Shown here one piece after another: positions 5,606 to 15,656 of a stretch of 24,507 bases of DNA. Source of the DNA: Parcubacteria group bacterium GW2011_GWA2_47_8b. Lineage in GTDB: Bacteria > Patescibacteriota > Minisyncoccia > UBA6257 > WO2-44-18. The stretch's first letter is position 1. Each line of letters starts with the position of its first letter. Under the pieces are notes generated by a model. The model was given only the letters and a program-made list of their open reading frames with translations, did no database searches and was not told the origin of the DNA. Location: assembly GCA_001003205.1 (NCBI GenBank), contig LCOU01000002.1:1-24507 (forward strand). Direction: 5' to 3'. Both the position numbers and the translations under genes were made by a program.

Positions 5606-5914
5606 CCCCTTCGTAAAGTCTCCTCGGGAACCGGAGTCGGCTCCCTGCCTGCCGGCAGGCAGGGCTCCGGCGGCTCGCCGCTCCTAGGGACTCGCCGATT
5701 TGCCAATAGTTAAGAGTTAATTATAACTATTGACCCAAGCCAAATCGGCTCCGTCACTTTCCCTACAGGAGACTTTACGAAGGGGTTACGTTTACCGGCC
5801 ACTATCCTATAGGATAGTGGCTAGAACCCTCCCCCAAGAATGTCTTTGAGGGAAAGTGGAAGATATTGTTGGGGGAGGGGCGTATAAGATGGAGAGGAGA
5901 CTTTACGAAAGGGG
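5606..5914. repeat. Composite palindromic (REP/MITE-like) intergenic patch
   Basis: 19-bp perfect IR CCCCTTCGTAAAGTCTCCT (5606-5624)/AGGAGACTTTACGAAGGGG (5767-5785), with a third copy at 5895-5914 (+1 A). Palindromes at 5643-5664 and 5798-5821. 11-bp IR at 5827-5837/5869-5879. Confidence 0.85.
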
Positions 5915-5953
5915 AGGAATGTCAGAGAGGGGATTTTGTGTTAAATTTACCGT

Positions 5954-6544
5954 ATGACATTTTTGGAGAGCTTCGTCCTTATAAATCCGCTCATAGCCTA
6001 TTTAATTTTATTCGGGGGAATGTTTATTGAAGGGGAGATATTTTTCCTAACTGCCAGTATTTTTGCCCTTGAGGGCTATTTGAACTTGTGGTGGGTGGCC
6101 GGCGTGGCCTTTGCCGGCGTCATTATTGGAGACGTGGCTTGGTACTATCTTGGCCGCTATTCAAAAGAAACCAGGATAGGGAATTGGGTAAGTCGGAAAT
6201 TTGAAAAACACCAAGGGTGGCTATTGGAGAATATTCAGAATCACTATGTACGCCTCGCCTTTTTTTCTAAATTTTTGTATTACGTAAATCGGATTACGCC
6301 GCTTTTGGCCGGCTGGCAAAAAATGGATTTTAAAAAATTTTTTAAGACTCATTTGATTGCCGGATTTGCTTGGGTGGTGGCCATGACGATACTCGGTAAA
6401 TTTTTCGGCTTGATTATTATAGCCATTGGCACTAAAAAAGTATTTCGCGGCATCCACTGGTTTTTTATCAGCTTGGCGGTGTTGGTTATTGGCGGCGAAT
6501 TTATTTTGAAGCGCTTGTTTGTTAGAAAAGTAATAAAACATTAA
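5954..6544 (+). CDS. DedA family membrane protein
   Basis: FIEGE..., GVIIGDVAWYYLGR and LAGWQKMDFKKF motifs with hydrophobic helices typical of DedA/SNARE-associated proteins. Confidence 0.85.
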   Translation: MTFLESFVLINPLIAYLILFGGMFIEGEIFFLTASIFALEGYLNLWWVAGVAFAGVIIGDVAWYYLGRYSKETRIGNWVSRKFEKHQGWLLENIQNHYVRLAFFSKFLYYVNRITPLLAGWQKMDFKKFFKTHLIAGFAWVVAMTILGKFFGLIIIAIGTKKVFRGIHWFFISLAVLVIGGEFILKRLFVRKVIKH

Positions 6545-6563
6545 GGTGAGTTATACTTAAAAA

Positions 6564-8102
6564 ATGAGCTTGTTTAAACCAAAACCGAAATTGAAGATTT
6601 TATTTGTAGCCACCGAGGCCGCTCCTTTTGCCAAGGCCGGGGGATTGGGGGAGGTGATGTTTTCTTTACCAAGAGCGTTGGTAAAACTTGGTTACGATGC
6701 TCGGGTTATGGTTCCGCGCTACGCCGGCATAGATCTAAACCAATACAATCTTAAAATGGAATTGGAAGGCTTGATGATTCCCACTGACGCGGAAGGGGAA
6801 AGTGAGCCGCGTTACTTGACGTGCAATGTCCGGAAATACGAAGCCGGCGGTATGCCGCGCTCTCCCGTTACGACTTATTTTTTGGAGAACATGGAATACT
6901 ATGAGCAGCGAGCTAATGTCTATGGCTATGCCGATGATGCCGCTCGCTGGGCGCTTTTATGCCGGGGCGTGCTGGAATTTTTGCGCTCGTATAGAAATTG
7001 GAAGCCGGACGTGATTGTTGCCGCCGATTGGCAGACCGGATTCTTGCCCAATTATCTGAAAACCATTTATAAAAACGATCCGTTGCTTGCCTCCATTGCG
7101 ACCGTTTTTACAATTCACAATCTTTATTACCAAGGAATGTTTGATCACCGATTTGTTTCAGAAATGGATTTTGACGACGGCCAATCGCCGGTTGGATCTC
7201 TTTTCAATCCGCGATTGCTGAAGCTTAACGGAATGCGGCGGGGGATTATGTTTGCCGATGTGATTACCACGGTTTCACCAGGCTATGCCAAGGAAATAAC
7301 CACGCCCGAATACGGCGAATTGTTGGACGGATTATTGAGGGAGCGGCGCTCACGGCTGTACGGCGTGATTAACGCCATTGATTATAAGATTTTCAATCCC
7401 GAACTAAGTCCGAATTTAGCCAAACATTACAGTGCCGGTAATTTTGCCAACCGGATTCTCAATAAAACCCATCTTCAAGGCCGCTTCGGTTTGCCCAAAG
7501 ATGAAAAGGTCTTTATTCTCGCGGTCGTTGCGCGTCTTATAGAACAAAAGGGATTTGACTTGCTTCTTCCGGTTGCTGACCAGCTTTTAAATGCGATGAA
7601 TATGCAATTAGTGGTGCTGGGAAACGGCGATGCGAAGTATATGAGTTATTTCCAAGATTTAGAAAAACGATTCCCGGGCCGGGTCGCGGCCAATCTGGTT
7701 TTTGATAAAGAACTTCCGCATTTGATTTACGCGGGAGCGGACGCGGTTTTGGTTCCCTCCAAATTTGAACCTTCGGGCCTGACCCAAATGGAAGCGATGC
7801 GTTATGGTTGCATTCCGATTGTGAGAAAAACAGGCGGCTTGGCCGATACGGTAGAAGATTACGATCCCGGCAAAAATACGGGTACCGGATTTGTGTTTGA
7901 GAACTTTGATTCCATGTCTCTGGTGGTCGCCATTACCCGCGCCTATGAAAATTATCGCAGTTCGGAAATTTGGAGCGGACTGCAGCGTCGAGCGATGGAT
8001 AAAGATTTTTCCTGGAAAAAATCAGCGGATGAATACGCAAAAGTGTTCGCAATCGCCAAATCAATTGTTGAAAATTCTGAAGGCAAGAATGTACTGGGCT
8101 AA
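6564..8102 (+). CDS. glgA: Glycogen/starch synthase (GT5)
   Basis: EAAPFAKAGGLGEV (KxGGL), VFTIHNLYYQG, VPSKFEPSGLTQMEAMRYG and TGGLADTV. Confidence 0.93.
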   Translation: MSLFKPKPKLKILFVATEAAPFAKAGGLGEVMFSLPRALVKLGYDARVMVPRYAGIDLNQYNLKMELEGLMIPTDAEGESEPRYLTCNVRKYEAGGMPRSPVTTYFLENMEYYEQRANVYGYADDAARWALLCRGVLEFLRSYRNWKPDVIVAADWQTGFLPNYLKTIYKNDPLLASIATVFTIHNLYYQGMFDHRFVSEMDFDDGQSPVGSLFNPRLLKLNGMRRGIMFADVITTVSPGYAKEITTPEYGELLDGLLRERRSRLYGVINAIDYKIFNPELSPNLAKHYSAGNFANRILNKTHLQGRFGLPKDEKVFILAVVARLIEQKGFDLLLPVADQLLNAMNMQLVVLGNGDAKYMSYFQDLEKRFPGRVAANLVFDKELPHLIYAGADAVLVPSKFEPSGLTQMEAMRYGCIPIVRKTGGLADTVEDYDPGKNTGTGFVFENFDSMSLVVAITRAYENYRSSEIWSGLQRRAMDKDFSWKKSADEYAKVFAIAKSIVENSEGKNVLG

Positions 8103-9492
8103 CTTCCTTCATATTTATCAGCCGCCGACTCAAAAAGAAATTTGGGTCAGGAGAATAACCGACGAATGTTATAGAAAGCTGTTCGCTGGCATTTTAAAAA
8201 CCCTGCCTCATCGGCAGGCAGGCCTGCCCGCCGGTGAGGTGGGTAAACACGCGCGGCTGACATTGAACATTAATGGCATTTTATGCGAACTTTTGGACAA
8301 GCATGGCGGCCGGGATGTCCTGGAAAACATTAAAAAACTTTTGCAAAACGGCACGCTGGAACTAACCGGTAGCGCGAAGTTTCACGCCTTTTTGCCGTTG
8401 TTACCGGAAAGCGAAATTGAGCGGCAGATACTTTTAAATGAAGCAATTCTTGATAAATATTTTGGGAATTTGTGGCGCGGGCCTGCCGGTAATGGCTTTT
8501 TCAGCCCAGAAATGGCTTATTCCCACAAGGTGGCGGCGGTGGCCGCCCGGCTTGGCTATAAATGGATGGTTATGGATGAGCTTGGTTTTCCGTCGGGGAA
8601 AAAGTATTCGCCGGACACGATATACAAAATAAAAGGCCTGGAAGACTTCTCCGTTTTTTTTAGAGAGAGAAATTTGTCTTTTACGATTTTGTCGGCGCAG
8701 GTTGGCACCGTCCCTACCATATTGCGCTATCTTGGCCAGCGTTTGGAAAAAAACGAATACGTGGTTACGGCAATGGACGGCGAGACCTTCGGGCATCATA
8801 GGCCCGGCCTGGAAACGCTCCTGTTTGATTTGTTGAGTGAAAAAAAGATACAGTCATTGGCGATTGGAGATTTGCCCGGCAAATTCACAAAAACGGAAGA
8901 AATAGAACCAAAAGAATCTACTTGGGCGGTTACAAAAAATGATATTAAAAACAATACGCCCTTTTCCCGTTGGAATAAAAGCGATAACCCAATACAGCAA
9001 AATCAGTGGGAATTGACCAATATTGCCATTGCGGCGGGCAACCGAGCGCCCGTTGACGATAAAGTCCGCGGTTTGTTGGACGCGGCTCTTCACTCCGACC
9101 AATATTGGTGGGCCTCTGCTCGCCCGTGGTGGAGTTTGGAAATGATGGAGCGCGGCGCTTATGAGCTTAAGCAAGTCGTTTTAGAAGCTCCCGCTTCAAC
9201 GGTCCAAGAAAAAAATAGGGCAGAGGAATTATATCGCAATATTGTTTACACCGCCTTGGAGTGGCAGCGGAGCGGTTTAGTAGACGCGATTTCCCGACAA
9301 GAAGACGAGGAGGTGCGCGAACGATTGGAAGAAAAGGAGCAACTCTTCATAACTAAAGATGAGTATCGGCAAATGATTGCCACGCTGGAACAGCAGATGC
9401 ATCTGGCGGCCAAGGCCGAGGAATACCACCGGGCCGCGATGATTAAAGACAGAATTCGGGAGCTTAACGAGGAAATGGAAAAACAGAAATGA
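8089..9492 (+). CDS. Glycoside hydrolase family 57 protein with a C-terminal UvrB/UvrC (UVR)-like motif
   Basis: N-terminal ANFLHIYQP, FHAFLPL, catalytic PEMAY and DGETFGHH, HSDQYWWAS. C-terminal LEQQMHLAAKAEEYHRAAMIKDRIREL. Start at ATG 8089 overlaps the glgA end by 14 nt. Confidence 0.88.
   Translation: MYWANFLHIYQPPTQKEIWVRRITDECYRKLFAGILKTLPHRQAGLPAGEVGKHARLTLNINGILCELLDKHGGRDVLENIKKLLQNGTLELTGSAKFHAFLPLLPESEIERQILLNEAILDKYFGNLWRGPAGNGFFSPEMAYSHKVAAVAARLGYKWMVMDELGFPSGKKYSPDTIYKIKGLEDFSVFFRERNLSFTILSAQVGTVPTILRYLGQRLEKNEYVVTAMDGETFGHHRPGLETLLFDLLSEKKIQSLAIGDLPGKFTKTEEIEPKESTWAVTKNDIKNNTPFSRWNKSDNPIQQNQWELTNIAIAAGNRAPVDDKVRGLLDAALHSDQYWWASARPWWSLEMMERGAYELKQVVLEAPASTVQEKNRAEELYRNIVYTALEWQRSGLVDAISRQEDEEVRERLEEKEQLFITKDEYRQMIATLEQQMHLAAKAEEYHRAAMIKDRIRELNEEMEKQK
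8202..8243. repeat. Two tandem 21-nt CCTGCC..GGCAGG-family palindromic units inserted in-frame in GH57
   Basis: CCTGCCTCATCGGCAGGCAGG + CCTGCCCGCCGGTGAGGTGGG = 42 nt, giving the LPHRQAGLPAGEVG segment. Confidence 0.8.
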
Positions 9493-10535
9493 AGTATAAA
9501 TTTTATACGAAATCCGAAAAAGCTTGGGTGGCAATGCTCCAAGACATCAAAGAGGCAAAACACTCCATATATTTGGAGAGTTTTATTTTAACCGACGATT
9601 CGTCAACTCATAATTTTTTTGAAGTACTCAAAGAAAAAGCGCGCCAAGGCGTGATGGTCAAAATAATAATTGATCGCGTTGGCAATCTTTGGCTTGGCTC
9701 AATCAATAGAAAAGAATTTGAAGAGGCGGGAGCTGAAATGCTTTTTTTTAACCGCTGGTTTTATCACTCGCACAGGAAAATTCTGGTCATTGACGAGTCC
9801 GTCGCTTATATTGGCGGAGTGAATGTGGGAGGCGCTTACGCCAATTGGCTGGACTTGCACGTCCGTCTCACCGGAAAGTTGGCGCGCAGCCTTTCTAAAT
9901 CCTTCAGCAGAGTCTACGGCATTGCCGGTGGGCAAGACCCGGCAATTTTAAACATAAGAAAACAACGGAAACTTCCCAAGGCGCGGACAGGGTTATATAA
10001 AGCGAAGTCCTGGCTCATTGAGCATTGGCCCATAAAAGGAAAATCGGCTTTGCGGTATTACTACAAGAAAAAATGCGCCGAGGCAAAAAAAAGCATTACG
10101 ATTGTTACGCCTTATTTCATTCCGCACCGCTGGCTGATTAGATCGTTGCGGGCCGCCGCTAACCGCGGCGTCAAGATTGAGGTAATCGTGCCGGAAAAAA
10201 CTGATGTTTTCATAGCCAACATCGCCCATAGAGTTTTTGCCGACAGCTTAAAAGGCATTCTAACAATTTATTTTATTCCGGAAATGAATCACGCCAAAGT
10301 TTTATTGATTGATAATCGCGATGGATTAGTGGGCTCCAATAACATTGATGCCCAAAGTTTTGATTTTAACTTGGAGGCAAGTATTAGCTTCAGGCGCAAG
10401 GATATGGTGGGGGATCTTAGAACAATTTTAGAGCGTTGGAAGAAATTAGCCGTCCCTTTTAACCCGCACGCTTTGTTGCGCTGGTACTATTATTTCTTGG
10501 GATTTTTTATAAGAATTATTCAGCCGATATTGTAA
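9489..10535 (+). CDS. Phospholipase D family protein (cardiolipin synthase-like)
   Basis: Two HxKxxxxD motifs (HRKILVID and HAKVLLID), GGVNVG and GSNNID..SF; ATGA overlap with GH57. Confidence 0.9.
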   Translation: MKYKFYTKSEKAWVAMLQDIKEAKHSIYLESFILTDDSSTHNFFEVLKEKARQGVMVKIIIDRVGNLWLGSINRKEFEEAGAEMLFFNRWFYHSHRKILVIDESVAYIGGVNVGGAYANWLDLHVRLTGKLARSLSKSFSRVYGIAGGQDPAILNIRKQRKLPKARTGLYKAKSWLIEHWPIKGKSALRYYYKKKCAEAKKSITIVTPYFIPHRWLIRSLRAAANRGVKIEVIVPEKTDVFIANIAHRVFADSLKGILTIYFIPEMNHAKVLLIDNRDGLVGSNNIDAQSFDFNLEASISFRRKDMVGDLRTILERWKKLAVPFNPHALLRWYYYFLGFFIRIIQPIL

Positions 10536-11366
10536 TGAAAAACACGGGGAAAAAAATCGTGGTCATTGGCGGAGGTACTGGCGTGTTTACCGTTCTTTCG
10601 GGGCTTAAAAAATATTTTTCTGATCTGACGGCCGTCGTTACCATGGCCGATGACGGTGGCTCTACCGGGATTTTGCGCGAGGAATTTGGAATTTTGCCCC
10701 CGGGTGATATTCGCCGGGCGCTTATTGCCCTTTCAACATCCGACAATAAAATGCTGTCCCAGCTTTTTAATTATCGTTTCGCGGAAGGCGGCGGGCTGTC
10801 GGGCCATAGTTTTGGCAACTTAATGATTACCGCGTTGGAGCGGCTTACTGGCAGTTTTGACAAAGCCGTAGAGGAGACGGGAAAGCTTCTTTCGGTGCGC
10901 GGCCGGGTTTTGCCTGTAACCCTGAAGAAAACCGCCCGGTATTTAAACAAGCAAAGCAATTTTTTAAATTGTTATCGGACCGGGAGATTTGTTTACGAGT
11001 TTAATTCCCAATCTTCTGGTTGATGGAATGAGGGAAGCGTTGAAAAAAAGTCGTGCGAAAAAAATTTATTTTGTTAATCTGATGACCAAATTCGGAGAAA
11101 CAACCGGTTTTCAGGCGTCGGATTTTTTACGGACTATAGAGGAGTATCTCGGCAAAAATATTTTGAATTATGCCGTCGTGAACAAGACCAAGCCGACCGC
11201 GATGCGTTTTCGGCCGTATTCCAAAGAAAGAGCAGAGGTTGTTGAGCCGGATTTGAAAAATTTCAACGCTTCCCCCATACCAATCGCCGCAAATCTTCTT
11301 CGTCGGTACGGCTTGCTTAGGCATGACCCAGAAAAAATTGCCGAGATCGTCAGAATGCTTATTTAA
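10535..11366 (+). pseudogene. yvcK: YvcK/UPF0052 (CofD-like) gene with an internal deletion and frameshift
   Basis: GGGTG, DDGGSTG and GHSFGNL lie in the frame of 10535, but IVIGPGDLFTSLIPNLLV..NLMTKFGET lies in another frame from about 10968. The usual segment between VLPVT and IVIGPG is missing. Confidence 0.75.
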
Positions 11367-11974
11367 CCCGCCTTTCTTATTCTAGAAATTACAAAATCTC
11401 CCACTAGAACCAAAATAATGCCGAGATTGTTAACGAGGAGATCGCTGGAAGTATCAAATGCCCCGGTGACGTTGTGGGCGCCATAGTAGCGATCGCCGAT
11501 CAATTCGGCAATTTCGTAAATTACGCTAAACAGATTGGTGGTGGTCAGAGTAACGTAATAAACGACTATTCTGGGGATGTTGTATTGGTAAAATCTGGAA
11601 ATTACTCGTATTAGATTCAAAAAAAACACCGTGCCTAAGATTCCGGTAGAAAAATGCACAATTTTATCGAAATTTTGTATTTCAAAAAGAGAAAATGTAT
11701 TGGCGCCGAAATCAATGCCGCCAAGGGCGGTTCCCAGAGCCCAAAAAACGGCAGGCAAGTGGCCAAAACGCGTTCGTTTCAAGTACCAATGAGCGCCCTC
11801 TAGAACAAACCAAAGTACAATCGTGGTAAGAAACGGCCCGAGCCAAAGCCTGCCCCATGCGGCCGGTGAGAGGTCGGATTGATCTGCGACCAGGCCATTA
11901 TAAAGCACATAAAAAAGAGTGGCCGCCAAAAAACCGCGGCAAAAATTGACAACCCACTTATTTTGCGACCTCAT
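11363..11974 (-). CDS. Multi-pass membrane protein (DUF2238/VanZ-like motifs)
   Basis: Several hydrophobic helices with FDKIVHF, IYEIAE and [12 protein letters not shown] motifs; its start overlaps the recA stop by 17 nt. Confidence 0.7.
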   Translation of the reverse strand: MRSQNKWVVNFCRGFLAATLFYVLYNGLVADQSDLSPAAWGRLWLGPFLTTIVLWFVLEGAHWYLKRTRFGHLPAVFWALGTALGGIDFGANTFSLFEIQNFDKIVHFSTGILGTVFFLNLIRVISRFYQYNIPRIVVYYVTLTTTNLFSVIYEIAELIGDRYYGAHNVTGAFDTSSDLLVNNLGIILVLVGDFVISRIRKAG

Positions 11975-12962
11975 AGATCTTCTTTTCTATGGCACGAATA
12001 AGTTTTTTATCTTCCGCCAGCTTGGCTTTCACGGCCTCTATGCCGATGCCTAATTTCTCACCTTCAAAACTGTAACTGGCGCCGGCTTTTGTAATAACTC
12101 CATACTTAAGCGCGGAATTTGCCACATCGGCTTCGTAGGAAAGCCCCTCTCCGTACATAATGTCAAACTCGGCCAGCTTAAACGGAGGAGCAACTTTATT
12201 TTTGACCACTTTGGCGCGGACTCGGTTGCCGACGACGTTGTCTCCCTTTTTAATTTGAGCTTCTCGCCGCACGTCTATTCGCACCGAACAGTAAAATTTA
12301 AGCGCCCGTCCGCCCGGGGTAACTTCCGGGTTGCCGAACATAATGCCGATTTTCTCCCGCAATTGATTAATGAAAATAACAAGGGTGTTGGATTTGGCGG
12401 TAATGGCGGTGAGTTTGCGCAGCGCCTGCGACATTAATCGGGCCTGCAGTCCGATGAATTGGGCGCCCATTTCTCCCTCTATTTCCGCTTTCGGGGTCAG
12501 TGCCGCAACGGAGTCAACTACTACTACGTCAATTATCCCGGAGCGAACCAAGCTTTCCAGGATGTTCAACGCCTCCTCGCCGTTATCCGGCTGTGAAATC
12601 AGCAGTTCTTTGACTTTCACTCCGAGTCTTGCGGCATATTCCGGGTCTAGGGCGTGCTCGGCATCTATGAAAGCGGCCTTGCCCCCTTTATTTTGGGCTT
12701 GGGCTACAACATTGAGCGCCAGCGTGGTTTTTCCGGAAGACTCCGGTCCATAAATTTCCACGATTCTGCCCTTGGGCAATCCACCTACTCCCAGCGCCAA
12801 ATCCAACGAGAATGAACCCGTCGGAATCACATCAACGTTGACCCGCTTGGCTTCGCCGAGCCTCATAATCGCTCCTTCGCCGAACTTGCTCTGTAATGTT
12901 TCCAGCAGTCCCGCCAATTCTTTTTCGGTATCCTTTTTTTCCGGTTCGGGTTTATTCATCAT
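11958..12962 (-). CDS. recA: Recombinase RecA
   Basis: [16 protein letters not shown] (Walker A), [17 protein letters not shown] and [16 protein letters not shown]. Confidence 0.99.
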   Translation of the reverse strand: MMNKPEPEKKDTEKELAGLLETLQSKFGEGAIMRLGEAKRVNVDVIPTGSFSLDLALGVGGLPKGRIVEIYGPESSGKTTLALNVVAQAQNKGGKAAFIDAEHALDPEYAARLGVKVKELLISQPDNGEEALNILESLVRSGIIDVVVVDSVAALTPKAEIEGEMGAQFIGLQARLMSQALRKLTAITAKSNTLVIFINQLREKIGIMFGNPEVTPGGRALKFYCSVRIDVRREAQIKKGDNVVGNRVRAKVVKNKVAPPFKLAEFDIMYGEGLSYEADVANSALKYGVITKAGASYSFEGEKLGIGIEAVKAKLAEDKKLIRAIEKKIYEVAK

Positions 12963-12966
12963 TTTA

Positions 12967-13605
12967 TTAATTGTTCTCTTCTTGATAAATTATTTGCTTA
13001 ACTACCTTTGTTTCTTTTCCTAAAAACTTCTTTGCCATGAATTCAAACGTGTTCAAACCGGACTGCAGGCTATAATTTTCCCTGAATTTTCCATCCTTGT
13101 CAACGTAGACCTCTTCGCCGTTAATGAAAAGTTTATCAACGGGGTCCACGTTTCCTTCAAGGACGAATAATGAGTTGTTGACGATAATAGTTGCCTCAAG
13201 CGGATTGGTAATCGCGAGGTCGGGAATGCCGGTAACTTTCCCGGAACTGACGAAAACATATACCATTATCGCGGCAATGATAAGCGCCGGCACAAGCCAT
13301 AGCCGATTTTCGGCCTTGATGGCAAACCGATTTTCCGGCAGGCGGTCGGATGCCCCGGAAGTGCGTATTTCGCTCTCTTCTTGGAATTTTTTCCACAAAA
13401 ATCCGGTTTCTATATCAAGAGCTTGCTCTAATTTTTTAAAATAGCCGCACAAATAGGGCGCGGCCGGCAATTTTTTCCATTCACTTTTAAGTATTGCTTC
13501 CAGGAAATGTTTGGAGATGCCGGTCAACATCGCGGTTTTGTCCAGCGTAAGTCCCTTGGCTTCCAGGCGTTCCAAAATAAAGTCTTTAATCGGCTTATTT
13601 TCCAC
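12967..13605 (-). CDS. RodZ-like protein: N-terminal HTH, one TM helix, C-terminal Ig-like domain
   Basis: [28 protein letters not shown] matches the RodZ HTH pattern; TM helix [17 protein letters not shown]; beta-rich C-terminus ([10 protein letters not shown]); GTG start; lies between ftsK and recA. Confidence 0.8.
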   Translation of the reverse strand: MENKPIKDFILERLEAKGLTLDKTAMLTGISKHFLEAILKSEWKKLPAAPYLCGYFKKLEQALDIETGFLWKKFQEESEIRTSGASDRLPENRFAIKAENRLWLVPALIIAAIMVYVFVSSGKVTGIPDLAITNPLEATIIVNNSLFVLEGNVDPVDKLFINGEEVYVDKDGKFRENYSLQSGLNTFEFMAKKFLGKETKVVKQIIYQEENN

Positions 13606-13607
13606 GC

Positions 13608-15656
13608 CTAATTTATATCACTATTTTCCTGATTAATAAATACCTCTCTGGGTTTGGCGCCTTCTCCGGGCCCGATGATTCCCTTTCCTTCCATAATATC
13701 CAACAAACGGGCGGCTCGCGCGTATCCGATTGACAGACGTCTTTGCAGAAGAGACGCCGAGGCTTTTTTAGATTCCGTAACCACTCGGACGGCTTCCTGG
13801 AAAAGTTCGTCACTTGCTTCATCGCCATCCGAATCGCCAGCAAACCCAACCGGACTGTTTCCTGAGTCGCCGCTGAAAGAATATTCCTCAACCGTATCAT
13901 TATTTTTTTCAATAAATTCCGCCACACTGCGAATTTCTTCCTCGGAAATATAAGCGCCTTGAATTCTTTTCGGTTTGGAAAAATCAGAGGAAATAAAAAG
14001 CATATCCCCGCCGCCGAGAAGTTTTTCGGCGCCGGCCATGTCCAAAATTGTCCGGGAATCAACTTGACTCGCAACCTGAAGAGCGATGCGCGCGGTGATG
14101 TTGGCTTTGATCAGCCCGGTGATTACCTCCACCGACGGGCGTTGAGTGGAAACCACAAGATGGATTCCTGTGGCGCGCGCCATCTGGGCGAGGCGGACGA
14201 CCGAGCTTTCAATCTCTCGGCCATAAGCGGCCATTAAGTCGGCTAATTCATCCACCACCAATACAATATAAGGCAATGCCGTTTCGCTCTTTTGATTGTA
14301 GGAGCCGATATCGCGGGCGCCGGCTTCCAGAAGTATTTCGTAGCGGTGTTCCATTTCTTTTATTGTCCAGCGGAAGAGGCCAATGGCTTTTTTCCCATCG
14401 GTAATCACGGGGCTGATAAGATGCGGCACGCCGCCGTAAATTGAGAGCTCCACTCGTTTGGGATCAATAAGCGCCAAGCGCAAGGTGTCGGGCGAATTTT
14501 TGTATAACAAAGAAACTAAAAGGGCATGAATGGAAACGCTCTTGCCGCTGCCGGTACTGCCGGCAACCATAAGATGAGGCATTTTTTCCAGATCGGCCAT
14601 AACGGGTTCGCCGCTGACGCCGCGTCCCAGAATAAAAGCGAGCGGGCCGGATTCCTTGAAATCCGGGTAGGCCATCAAGCTGCCAAGGCGGACAACCGCC
14701 GCCGATTTGTTCGGTACCTCTATTCCGACCAGAGATTTTCCCGGGATGGGAGCTTCAATTCTGATGGGATGAGCGGCCAAAGCCAAAGCCAAATCTTGGT
14801 TGAGCGTTAAAATTTTGCTTATCTTCACGCCCTCGGCCGGTTTCAGCGTATAGCGGGTAACTTTTGGACCGATATTTATTTCCCCCATTTCCACGGCTAT
14901 GCCAAAACTTTCCAAAGTCCTTTTAATAATGTTGGCATTTGCTCGCAAATCGCCGGAAGTCGGCTTCTCCACAGATGTTTTTAAAAGCGTTAGCGGCGGC
15001 ACAATATAATTGGCGTAGGTTTTAGCCCGGACAGGAGACTTGCGCGCCGGCGGCATCGGGAAATCATCGGCAATTTTTATTTTGTCCATCTTTGCCACGG
15101 CTGCGGGATTTGCGATTGGCGGCTCGGGTTCAGTAATTGCCGCTTCTTCCGGTTCGTTGTCCGGCGCTTCCCTCGCCGGTTCGGCCAGTTTTTCTGTTTC
15201 TACTTTTTTGAATTTGATTGAGGCGTTGAAGGTTATCAAAACGGCGGCAATTAGCAGAACCAAGCTTATTATAATAGAAGCCGTGTAGCCGAACGGTATT
15301 TCCAGCAAACCCATTATCCGCCCCAAAAACCCTCCCTTGTTTTCAAAAATAATATCAATCAAACCCAGACCGGATACGATAAATAAAGCAGCGCCGAGGA
15401 AGCTGGTGACGACAAAAACCCTTTGCCGCGCGATTAAAAATAAAAAGGCGACCAGGACTGCTATCGTTGGCAGCATATAATATCCCCAGCCAAAAAGATT
15501 TTGCAGGATGACGTAGATAAACCGGCCGACCGGTCCGGCCTTGTCAACGGCGGCCAGTATCAAAATAACGGCAATGCCGATGAGGGCGATTGCTATCAAG
15601 CTGTTTTTGGTTTCCGAATGTATTTTTGGCTGATGAGGGCGTTCTTTTTTGGACAT
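13608..15656 (-). CDS. ftsK: FtsK/SpoIIIE DNA translocase
   Basis: N-terminal TM helices, PHLMVAGSTGSGKS, LVVDELADL, STQRPS and a gamma domain ASASLLQRRLSIGYARAARL. Confidence 0.97.
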   Translation of the reverse strand: MSKKERPHQPKIHSETKNSLIAIALIGIAVILILAAVDKAGPVGRFIYVILQNLFGWGYYMLPTIAVLVAFLFLIARQRVFVVTSFLGAALFIVSGLGLIDIIFENKGGFLGRIMGLLEIPFGYTASIIISLVLLIAAVLITFNASIKFKKVETEKLAEPAREAPDNEPEEAAITEPEPPIANPAAVAKMDKIKIADDFPMPPARKSPVRAKTYANYIVPPLTLLKTSVEKPTSGDLRANANIIKRTLESFGIAVEMGEINIGPKVTRYTLKPAEGVKISKILTLNQDLALALAAHPIRIEAPIPGKSLVGIEVPNKSAAVVRLGSLMAYPDFKESGPLAFILGRGVSGEPVMADLEKMPHLMVAGSTGSGKSVSIHALLVSLLYKNSPDTLRLALIDPKRVELSIYGGVPHLISPVITDGKKAIGLFRWTIKEMEHRYEILLEAGARDIGSYNQKSETALPYIVLVVDELADLMAAYGREIESSVVRLAQMARATGIHLVVSTQRPSVEVITGLIKANITARIALQVASQVDSRTILDMAGAEKLLGGGDMLFISSDFSKPKRIQGAYISEEEIRSVAEFIEKNNDTVEEYSFSGDSGNSPVGFAGDSDGDEASDELFQEAVRVVTESKKASASLLQRRLSIGYARAARLLDIMEGKGIIGPGEGAKPREVFINQENSDIN

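Noticed and set aside
4770-5713. Twin ORFs beginning MFHAKQMFHVKH (4770-5015 minus and 5480-5713 plus) and the yraN start at 5469
   Set aside because: The similarity is a by-product of the inverted repeat, and the ATGs come from parS text (ATGTTTCACG).
5595-5930. RNase P RNA, SRP RNA or tmRNA
   Set aside because: It lacks their hallmark motifs (GAGGAAAGTCC, the GGAA/AGCAG loop, tRNA-Ala-like ends).
7891-8088. Longer N-terminus of GH57 from the ORF track
   Set aside because: It overlaps glgA by over 200 nt; the GH57 family motif begins at MYWANFLHIYQP (8089).
13389-13397. TTTTCCACA DnaA-box-like word
   Set aside because: A single occurrence inside a CDS, expected by chance.
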